Positions 1 to 6,923 of a DNA stretch of 32,000 nt are shown piece by piece. This stretch comes from Planctomycetales bacterium (lineage in GTDB: Bacteria > 4484-113 > JAFGCY01), in contig CP060262.1 in the NCBI GenBank assembly GCA_022646745.1, positions 1,170,001 to 1,202,000 of the forward strand. The letters are read 5' to 3'. Made by a program: the position numbers and the translations under genes. The stretch's first letter is position 1. Every line of letters starts with the position of its first letter. The notes below the pieces were generated by a model. It was not told the origin of the DNA. It saw only the letters and a program-made list of their open reading frames with translations, and ran no database searches.

Positions 1-91
1 CGCGCTGCAGCGCCACGGCAGGATCAGAAGCATGCCTGTTCTCCTGCTCGATCCACTGCAATTCGGATTCCGCTGTGGGAAGCTGGCCCAT
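1..91 (-). CDS. 5' end of an unidentified ORF that runs off the left edge (about 30 codons visible)
   Basis: ATG at 91..89 on the minus strand opens a frame (MGQLPTAESELQWIEQENRH...) with no stop before position 1. It lies 46 nt downstream of the 138..470 gene on the same strand. Too short to assign a family. Confidence 0.25.
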   Translation of the reverse strand, partial: MGQLPTAESELQWIEQENRHASDPAVALQR

Positions 92-137
92 GGAGAGGTT
101 CCTGCCGCCGGCATGTGCCGGCAGGCCGGGAGATTGA

Positions 138-470
138 CTAACTCTTCCTGGTGAAGTTTCCGGCCGTCAGGTCCCGGTCCGCATCCGCACTGGTCAGCGG
201 CACATCAATCTTGGACGGGGTGAAGTCGCCGGGCAGGTTCGCGCAGACGGAACAGGTGTACTGGTCACCGCTACCGCTTGGGACCTGGATTCCACTGACG
301 CAGAACTGTCCGTTGGCATCAGTTGTGCAGCTGTTTTGCTGGTTGTTGCTGGTTGACACACTGACCTTGATTCCGGCAAGTGGCTTGCCGTCAGGATCAA
401 GCACGGCACCCTTGAGGTTGCACTGCCCGCCCATGGTGCCTGAGTTGTTCGCTCCACTGCTATCCGTCAT
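138..470 (-). CDS. Small Cys-rich protein with a Cna-B/SdrD-B or carboxypeptidase-regulatory-like beta-sandwich signature
   Basis: 110-aa ORF. The pattern GAVLDPDGKPLAGIKVSVS....TTDANGQFCVSGI resembles the G.V.D.dG.PlaG..V.v...ttD.nG.F motif of these domains. It has 6 Cys, and GAGG sits 5 nt upstream of the ATG. No signal peptide is visible. Confidence 0.6.
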   Translation of the reverse strand: MTDSSGANNSGTMGGQCNLKGAVLDPDGKPLAGIKVSVSTSNNQQNSCTTDANGQFCVSGIQVPSGSGDQYTCSVCANLPGDFTPSKIDVPLTSADADRDLTAGNFTRKS

Positions 471-689
471 AACCGCCTCACTGCATCTGCATAAGCTCCA
501 GCTACTATAGACGACTGGTATAAAAAATTAGAACAGGCAAATAAAAACATTTTAATTGCCTGATTTTCCGATTGCTCAGCTGTGTCAGTAGTGGCCGTCA
601 CCTAGCATGTATGCCAGCTGGGAAATGTTCAAACACCCATCCGCACACTATTCGAGGGCTCTAGCTCTGGCAACACGGGGCTGATCTGC

Positions 690-2249
690 TCACTCGCCCA
701 TCCAGCTCAGCAACTTGTCAATGAAGGCCGTATAGAACTCCGCGGAGTGGCTCATGGCGTTGATGCCGGTGATCGCGCGGATGTCCTCCGGCAGCTCCTC
801 CGGCTTCGGCCAGGCAAATCCCTCCATCATCACCGGGATGATGTGCGTACCGCAGTGCAGGGCGGTGGCAATCTCCTTCCTGACAACGTCATCCTCATCC
901 GAACAGCAGCGGCTGAGGAATTCCGGTGTCATGAGGATCACCATGTGCCGGCTGTAGCGGATCGCCTCGCGCAGGCCGTCCTCGAAGCGACCACTTGACA
1001 AGCCGTCCTGGTCGCGGAACACCTGCTTCCGCCTGAGCTCCATGTGGGCCTGCAAGAGCATGGAGTGGGTCTGCCCCGGATCGCGCCGGTAGCAGATGAA
1101 GACGTCGTGCTTCTTCTCGTTGTCAGGCACGGGCTGCACCGCGAGCGGCTGGCTGGCAATCTGCTCCTCAAGCAGCTTCTCCGGCTTTGGCGACATCCAG
1201 TCCTTGAGCGTCTCCTTCACGAATGCCGGCTGTACAATGCCGAGTTTGCCGCAGATCATGATGGAACGGTATGCCTCGTCAATGGCCTCCTCGCGATGGC
1301 CTGCCTCATACATCGTGATGGCACGCTGGAAGTACAGGTTCCACTGCTCGGCCATTCCCTGTTCACTGAACTGCTCCTCGGCCAGGGCATAGGCATCCAG
1401 AGCGTCCTCATAGCGCCCGAGCTTGCCATAGACAGCCGCCCTGCTGGACTGGATGCCCGGGTACGCTGGCAGGCCCTGTTCCCGGTAGAGCTGCTCCGAT
1501 TCATCGAAGGCGGCCAGCGCTTCCTCATAGCGCCCGAGCAGGGACAGGGTCTCCCCACGGCAGTTGGCAATGCCGGGAAAGACAGGCAGGCCTTGTTCCC
1601 TGAACATCCGCTCGCAACGGGCATAGGACTCGAGCGCTTCATCGTGCCGCCCGATCAGGTCCTGGGCATTGCCGCGGTTGAGGTATATGCCCGGGAAGAC
1701 CGGCAGGCCCTGTTCCATGTACATGCGTTCCGCTTCCGCGAAACTCGAAAGGGCCTCCTCATTGCGGCCGCTGTGATGATGCACAACCCCCATGTTGCAG
1801 GTGATGACCGGCGATGCCGGCAGGCCCTGGCTGGCCAGGCGCTGCTGGGCCTCACCGAATGAGGCAAGCGCATCCGCATAGCGGCCCAGGTTCTGGAAGC
1901 AGTTGCCACGCGTGTTGGCGATACCCGGCAGCAGTGCGCTGCCCTGTTCCCGGCAGAGGGCGTCAGCCCTGTCACAGCATTCAAGGGCATCATCAAACCT
2001 GTTGTACGTCTTGTGGATGTCGGCACGTGTTGCCAGCAGGCGCGGGTTGCCAGACAGGCCGCGCTCCCGGGCCAGGGCTTCCCCCTCCTCGCATGCCTGA
2101 TGCGCCAGGTCCAGGTTGTACGTCAGTTTCTGAAGTTCGGCACGGCGCACGACAAGCTCCAGGTCCGCCGGCCGGCCGCCATCCCGCAGCGCTTGTTCAG
2201 CAGCCAGTAGCTGCTCCAGTTCCTGCTGTGCTGTCAGTGGCCGGTCCAC
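690..2249 (-). CDS. Helical (TPR/Sel1-like) repeat protein with a C-terminal TIR domain
   Basis: 519-aa ORF with a GTG start. Residues ~100-336 form six ~39-aa repeats (EQGLPVFPGI..NRGN....GR.EEAL.S...AE). Residues ~381-519 read as a TIR_2 domain (DVFICYRRD...FRDQD...GLREAIRYSRHMVILMTPEFLSRCCS...VVRKEIATAL). No Walker A motif is seen. Confidence 0.88.
   Translation of the reverse strand: MDRPLTAQQELEQLLAAEQALRDGGRPADLELVVRRAELQKLTYNLDLAHQACEEGEALARERGLSGNPRLLATRADIHKTYNRFDDALECCDRADALCREQGSALLPGIANTRGNCFQNLGRYADALASFGEAQQRLASQGLPASPVITCNMGVVHHHSGRNEEALSSFAEAERMYMEQGLPVFPGIYLNRGNAQDLIGRHDEALESYARCERMFREQGLPVFPGIANCRGETLSLLGRYEEALAAFDESEQLYREQGLPAYPGIQSSRAAVYGKLGRYEDALDAYALAEEQFSEQGMAEQWNLYFQRAITMYEAGHREEAIDEAYRSIMICGKLGIVQPAFVKETLKDWMSPKPEKLLEEQIASQPLAVQPVPDNEKKHDVFICYRRDPGQTHSMLLQAHMELRRKQVFRDQDGLSSGRFEDGLREAIRYSRHMVILMTPEFLSRCCSDEDDVVRKEIATALHCGTHIIPVMMEGFAWPKPEELPEDIRAITGINAMSHSAEFYTAFIDKLLSWMGE
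1242..1952 (-). repeat. 117-bp periodic tandem coding repeats (39-aa units) inside the TIR-protein gene
   Basis: At the DNA level, gccgggaaagacaggcaggccttgttcc (about 1571-1598) recurs as gcccgggaagaccggcaggccctgttcc 117 nt later (about 1689-1716). At the protein level the linker QGLP(V/A)(F/Y)PGI recurs at a 39-aa spacing. Confidence 0.7.
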
Positions 2250-2274
2250 GGGATTAGTATCTCACGACCGCCAG

Positions 2275-3525
2275 CTAGCCCCGCACTTCCGTCCGGTACT
2301 CCTCGCACAGCTCATCCAGCCTCGTACGCACCAGCTCCTCGATCTGCTCCGTCATCTGCTCCACCTGGCCCTCGTTGTCAGACTTCCACTGCTCGTAGGT
2401 ATCGCCCAGGTTGACCGGCTCGCAGACACTGACCCGGGCGGTGCGCGGGCCGAAGAACTTCAGCTTGCCGAACACCTCCGTCTCGAAGCGGCCCAGCAGG
2501 TCGAGGTAGCGCTCAGCCGAGCTGTCCTGCTGCACATACTTGCCGGGCATGGCAACGAACTCCAGCACGCGCTGCAGCTCGGCGCGCATCACCTTGGCGC
2601 GGCGGTCCAGCAGCCGTCGCTCATAGCGGCTGTTGGCGGATCGGCGCATGCGCGACACCGCCACGAACAGCTTGCGCAGGCGGTTGCGCAAGGGACTGCC
2701 CAGGTCGACATTGAGCATCCCGAGCTTGCGTTCGACATCCATCAGCACGCGCTCCCGCAGGCGTGAGATGCGCAGGTCGACATTCTCCGGGTCGTTCACC
2801 TCCACGTCGTACAGGCGCTCGTTTACTTCCAGCAGGCAGTAGGTCACCCGCTGCACCCGCTCGAAGATCCCGCCGCTGCTCTCCAGTGCCAGTTCCTTCT
2901 CCAGCCGGGCCAGCGAGCCAAGGATCAGCTTATCCACATTGCCGCGGTAGTGGTAGCGGATCGTGACCGGCAGGATCCAGACCGGATCCTGCTTGCCCTC
3001 ACGGCGGATGTCATCCAGCGCGCCGTAGCCGAAGCGGGCGGCACCGGGCAGGAAGGGCAGCACGATGTCATGCAGGTAATACTCCTGGCCCTCGGGGAAG
3101 ATCACCAGCCAGCGTTTGCCCATCCGCAGCAGCTGGCGTGTCGCATGCTGGCTGTCATCGTCCTTCGCCCCGCGGTTGATCGAGTAGGCGCCGATCCGGC
3201 TGCAGACGAAGTTCTGCAGCGGGTCATCGAAGATTTCACGCGCGGCCAGGAAGTAGAAGCCCGTGCCGAGCATGCCGCCGAGCTGCATCACCACCGGCGG
3301 TTCATAGCTTGGATGGTTCGGCGTGAGGATCACCCGCTGGCCCATCTTGCCTTTCAGGATCGCGCGGTGTTCCTCACTGATTTCAACCCGGTCAACATGG
3401 GTAACAATTCTCAGGTAAAGCGGGGTGATCAGCCGCGCAATACCCATCATCAGCGGGTCATGGCGCGGCGGGATGAACTTGTAACCGCCCGGCGGTTCCT
3501 GTTGTGATGCCTCAAACTGGTCCAT
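2275..3525 (-). CDS. Lysophospholipid/glycerol-phosphate acyltransferase (LPLAT, PlsC/PlsB-like) superfamily protein
   Basis: 416-aa ORF with LPLAT blocks: NHPSYEPP (block I region), GAYSINRG (block II-like) and VIFPEGQ (block III). GGAA lies just upstream of the ATG. The stop is only 25 nt upstream of the TIR gene start on the same strand. Confidence 0.8.
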   Translation of the reverse strand: MDQFEASQQEPPGGYKFIPPRHDPLMMGIARLITPLYLRIVTHVDRVEISEEHRAILKGKMGQRVILTPNHPSYEPPVVMQLGGMLGTGFYFLAAREIFDDPLQNFVCSRIGAYSINRGAKDDDSQHATRQLLRMGKRWLVIFPEGQEYYLHDIVLPFLPGAARFGYGALDDIRREGKQDPVWILPVTIRYHYRGNVDKLILGSLARLEKELALESSGGIFERVQRVTYCLLEVNERLYDVEVNDPENVDLRISRLRERVLMDVERKLGMLNVDLGSPLRNRLRKLFVAVSRMRRSANSRYERRLLDRRAKVMRAELQRVLEFVAMPGKYVQQDSSAERYLDLLGRFETEVFGKLKFFGPRTARVSVCEPVNLGDTYEQWKSDNEGQVEQMTEQIEELVRTRLDELCEEYRTEVRG

Positions 3526-3635
3526 TGGTTCCTATTGTAGTCAGCCAACGGGCCAGGCGTGCAAAAGCCTGTTAATAAGGTATCTTTTAGAGGCTGTATT
3601 GGTTGGCCAATACGGTCGGTTACAGGAGTCGGGAA

Positions 3636-4337
3636 ATGAGCAGGAATTCTGGTGTGAAGGTTCGCTCCGGAATCACGGATACGCGGACGAACAAGCCCTG
3701 TCGCAGTTGCGGCGTGCTGATGGATGACGCAGGTGCACACTTCGTGTGCCTGGCCTGCGGCTACCGCCTGGAAAAGGATAACAAGCCGGCCTCCGGCGAG
3801 GTATCCGCCTGGCAGAAGCAGGTCGCGGACCTGCATTCGCAGAAATTCATCACGGCGCGCCAGGCCCAGAACGAGCAGCTGCTGTCCGGCTTCGGACCGC
3901 TGCGCGTGCTGCTGTTTGCCGGAGTGCTCGCACTTGGCATTGCCGCTCCGCTGCAGAACCTGCTCCCGCTCGTCAATGGTGGCAGCCAGGGCCCGAATGC
4001 AATTCCCACGGCAGTCGCCGCAATCGTCGCCATTGCCGTTGCCGGCTGGGCAGCCTTCACGCAGGCCGGGCCGCAGCGCATGCTGCAGCGCAATGTGCTG
4101 GCAGCCCTCGCCCTTGCTGCACTCCTCGGGCTCGTGATGTCCGGCCCGATTGGCCATATGCTGACAGCGCAGTATGGTGCGATGCACAATGGGGTTGACC
4201 TGGCCTCAGGTGTTGCCAACCGCATCGCCCAGACCCCGGTTTGGTGGCAACCCCTCCTGCAGCTGGGTGGCAACTTTGCCGCCTTCGGCCTGCTGGCCTT
4301 CATCTGCCACCGCGAAGCCACTGACCGGATGTACTAG
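3636..4337 (+). CDS. Zinc-ribbon N-terminus fused to a polytopic membrane domain, hypothetical
   Basis: The ORF track starts at TTG 3603, but AGGAG (3624-3628) lies 7 nt before ATG 3636. CxxC...CxxC (CRSCGVLMDDAGAHFVCLACGY) is followed by several hydrophobic helices (LRVLLFAGVLALGIAAPL, AVAAIVAIAVAGWAAF, LAALALAALLGLVM, FAAFGLLAFIC). Confidence 0.7.
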   Translation: MSRNSGVKVRSGITDTRTNKPCRSCGVLMDDAGAHFVCLACGYRLEKDNKPASGEVSAWQKQVADLHSQKFITARQAQNEQLLSGFGPLRVLLFAGVLALGIAAPLQNLLPLVNGGSQGPNAIPTAVAAIVAIAVAGWAAFTQAGPQRMLQRNVLAALALAALLGLVMSGPIGHMLTAQYGAMHNGVDLASGVANRIAQTPVWWQPLLQLGGNFAAFGLLAFICHREATDRMY

Positions 4338-4369
4338 GGAAGAAGCAGAGAAAGTAGAGCACGCAGAGA

Positions 4370-4520
4370 GCTTAGCCACCGAGTGCGCAGAGAGCACGGA
4401 GTCTCTCGTGATGAAAATCAGGCTGAGTCAGCAGCGTTGGACATTGCGCAGGTTAAGCAATTTATTGAGCCCAAGCCAACCATGGATTCTCTGTGCCCTC
4501 TGTGTACTCTGTGGTTAGGC
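4370..4520 (+). repeat. Long imperfect inverted repeat (32-bp arms, 87-nt spacer); candidate structured RNA or MITE-like element
   Basis: The arm 4370-4401 pairs with 4489-4520 as 25 Watson-Crick pairs, 5 G-U/U-G pairs (valid only in a + strand transcript) and 2 mismatches. It lies in the 213-nt gap between convergent genes. The arms are built from reiterated GCAGAGAG / CTCTGTG units. Confidence 0.5.
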
Positions 4521-4550
4521 CCTCTGGGCACTTTGCCCCCCTCCCCCGTC

Positions 4551-5321
4551 TCAGAAATCCACGCCGAAGATCCTTTGGCTGTTCTCCAGCAGGATCTGTT
4601 CCAGCTCATCAATCGGCTCATTGCGCAGCGCTGCCAGCGCTTCAAATGTGTGGCGAACATAGGCCGGTTCATTGCGCTTGCCGCGCATGGCCTGCGGAGC
4701 AATGAATGGCGCATCCGTCTCCACCAGCAGCCTGCCCGCCGGGATTAAGCGTGCCGCTTCATGCAGTTCCGTTGCCTTCTTGAACGACACATTGCCTGCA
4801 AATGAGATGTACCATTGCGGCTGCGCAAGCGCCCAGGCCATCAGCTCGGGGCTGCCATTGAAGCAGTGCAGGATGCCGCGGGTGCCGGGAACAGCCTGCA
4901 GCAATTCAAGCGTCTCAGCGTTGGCATCGCGGGTATGGATGATCACCGGCAGGTCCCGCTCACGGGCGAATTCAAGCTGTGTGCGGAACACCGGCTGCTG
5001 CGCCTCAAGAGTATTGGTGTCCCAGTGCAGGTCGATCCCACATTCCCCGACGGCGATCGGCGGGTTGCCAGAGTCGAACCAGGGGCCGAAGACCTCATGG
5101 GCGGAGAAGCCCGCCGGCAGTTCACTGGTCGGGTGCAGGCCAATGCTGTAGTACAGGTTGGGGTGCGCTTCCGCCAGCCCACGGGCCTGCTGCCAGGTCT
5201 GCGGATCGATCCCGATCACAACTGCCGCAGAGATGCGGGCCTCGGCCATACGCGCAACCACCTGCTCGCGGTCATCGTCGAATGAATCGAAGTAGAGGTG
5301 GCAATGTGTATCGATCAGCAT
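4551..5321 (-). CDS. TatD-family metal-dependent hydrolase/DNase
   Basis: 256-aa ORF starting MLIDTHCHLYFDSF (HxH metal motif). It also has internal GECGIDLHW, IIHTRDA, ILHCFNG and ETDAPF motifs characteristic of TatD/YcfH proteins. Confidence 0.93.
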   Translation of the reverse strand: MLIDTHCHLYFDSFDDDREQVVARMAEARISAAVVIGIDPQTWQQARGLAEAHPNLYYSIGLHPTSELPAGFSAHEVFGPWFDSGNPPIAVGECGIDLHWDTNTLEAQQPVFRTQLEFARERDLPVIIHTRDANAETLELLQAVPGTRGILHCFNGSPELMAWALAQPQWYISFAGNVSFKKATELHEAARLIPAGRLLVETDAPFIAPQAMRGKRNEPAYVRHTFEALAALRNEPIDELEQILLENSQRIFGVDF

Positions 5322-5357
5322 GCGCGCGCATTATTGCACGCGGCCGGACTGTCCGGC

Positions 5358-6818
5358 CTAGAGCGGCTTGGTCTTGATCTCCGCCTCATGCTCGTAGAAG
5401 CACATGTTGCTCATCGAATCCATCGTCTTGTACTGCATCTTGTCGCGGAAGTTGACAACCACGCCAGGGTAGACGGTCTCATGCACGCTGATCACTGCCT
5501 CGCGGAAGTAGGCCGCATTCTTCTGCGCCTCCTCCAGCTGGATCCGCAGTCCCTCCAGCAGCGGCTGGAACTGGGCCTCCGCCTGCATCAGCTTGCCGAG
5601 GCGCTGCTGCAGGTCCAGGTTGCTGCCGGTCGCCTGCAGGCGCTTCTTGAGGGTCTCGATCCCGAGGCTGACCTGGCGCAGCTTGCCCTCGTTCTCCTGG
5701 ATTTGCGCGCGCAGCTCGTCCGGGTTGGAGTCGGAGAAGGGGTTGCGCCCGACCGTCAGCTTGGTCAGTGCGGCCATCTTGGAACCGAGGCTCGTCACAT
5801 CGACATTGCGGTAGACATGCACCTCGCCGCCAACCAGGTTGCCCTTCTGGCTCTCCACCTGCAGGCTGCCGCCGATGCTGGCATTGCAGTGACGCATGTA
5901 GTTGAGCACGTGCAGGTCACCACGCACGGACAGCTCGCACTGGTCCAGTGCCTCCATCTGGGCATTGCCGCCCACCTTGATCACCGTTTCGCCGGCACCG
6001 AACACGATGCCGTTGATGGTCAGGTTGCCGCCGCACTCCAGGCAGGCCCGGTCGACATTGCCACTGATCGTCAGGTCGCTGCCGGTCTTGACGTGGAAGC
6101 CGGGGTGCACACTGCCCATCACCCGTACATTGCCGATGAAGTCCAGGTTGCCGACGCTGTAGTCAACGTCACCGCTGATGTCGAGGGTGTCCATCACGCT
6201 GACCTTGCCGGCCTTGAGCATTGCATGCCCGGTCAGTGTGGCCGTTATCGTGCCCGTGGCCTCATCCAGCTCGGCACCGCGGCCGGCCTTGGGGGCACTG
6301 GCCTTCTTGAATTCCGGCTCGATCGGCTGCCCATGCACGTCGATCCCGCACATTTGTGGCGTGATCACTGTGCGCCTTGCCAGCACATCGCCTTCGCGCA
6401 CATTCTGGAAATGCTGCACTTCCTTCAGGTCCACGCGTCCGTGATCATCAGTATGGACTTCCTCAGGCTGCTCCTCATCACCCTCCGCCTCCGGATCCTG
6501 GCAGGCCTGGTTGGACTGGCCAGGCTGCCCGGTCTCAAACAGGTAGGTCACCTCGCTGATCAGCCGGCAGGGAGGCTGCTTTCCGCGTGCCACCACCACT
6601 GACTCACCGAACTGCGGCGCTACCACCATGTTGGCAAGCTGGTCATCAAGTATGCCCTGCACCACCTTGGCGGAGACGAGCACTTCTTTCAGGTCATTTG
6701 GTGTGTAGCTTCCGGCGATTTCGCGGTTGACGAGCGTCAAAGTGACGATCAGGCGGTCATCGGATATCTCGATCTTGTAATCGGCAGGGTTCAGGCCCAT
6801 CTCAGCAGCTCCGCGCAA
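5358..6818 (-). CDS. FapA-family (DUF342) protein
   Basis: 486-aa ORF. The central beta-helix-like reiterations (VDYSVGNLDFIGNVRVMGSVHPGFHVKTGSDLTISGNVDRACLECGGNLTINGIVFG...GNLVGGEVHVYRNVDVTSLGS...KLTVGRNP) and the C-terminal coiled coil are typical of DUF342/FapA. Confidence 0.85.
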   Translation of the reverse strand: MRGAAEMGLNPADYKIEISDDRLIVTLTLVNREIAGSYTPNDLKEVLVSAKVVQGILDDQLANMVVAPQFGESVVVARGKQPPCRLISEVTYLFETGQPGQSNQACQDPEAEGDEEQPEEVHTDDHGRVDLKEVQHFQNVREGDVLARRTVITPQMCGIDVHGQPIEPEFKKASAPKAGRGAELDEATGTITATLTGHAMLKAGKVSVMDTLDISGDVDYSVGNLDFIGNVRVMGSVHPGFHVKTGSDLTISGNVDRACLECGGNLTINGIVFGAGETVIKVGGNAQMEALDQCELSVRGDLHVLNYMRHCNASIGGSLQVESQKGNLVGGEVHVYRNVDVTSLGSKMAALTKLTVGRNPFSDSNPDELRAQIQENEGKLRQVSLGIETLKKRLQATGSNLDLQQRLGKLMQAEAQFQPLLEGLRIQLEEAQKNAAYFREAVISVHETVYPGVVVNFRDKMQYKTMDSMSNMCFYEHEAEIKTKPL

Positions 6819-6923
6819 ACAGAATTGGCTTCAGTCTGCACAGACTCTAACCGCAAACCGTGTCAGGCACAGCGTACGGCGCCTGACTTAGGCTCCAATT
6901 AAACCGGATTTATGCGCGGCTTG

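Noticed and set aside
101-125. GC-rich hairpin CCTGCCGCCGGCATGTGCCGGCAGG between the 138..470 gene and the partial ORF at the left edge
   Set aside because: A 7-bp stem is possible, but no U-tract follows on the minus strand and the next ORF starts about 10 nt later. It cannot be distinguished from a chance palindrome in GC-rich DNA.
1044-4321. Alternate-frame and antisense ORFs over the TIR, acyltransferase and zinc-ribbon genes (e.g. 1044..1862 +, 2950..3507 +, 3450..4187 -, 3761..4321 -)
   Set aside because: Each overlaps a gene with clear domain motifs on the other strand or frame. None shows a motif, a signal peptide or an RBS.
4340-4520. CRISPR-like reiteration of GCAGAGAG / CTCTGTG units
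   Set aside because: The units are 7-9 nt and irregularly spaced, with no repeat-spacer periodicity of 25-40 nt and no cas genes. The pattern is better explained as the two arms of one long inverted repeat.
5298-6602. 434-aa ORF on the + strand
   Set aside because: It is entirely antisense to the FapA/DUF342 gene, which has clear family motifs. Its translation is L/A/H/V/Q-rich low complexity, typical of the stop-poor antisense frame of GC-rich coding DNA.
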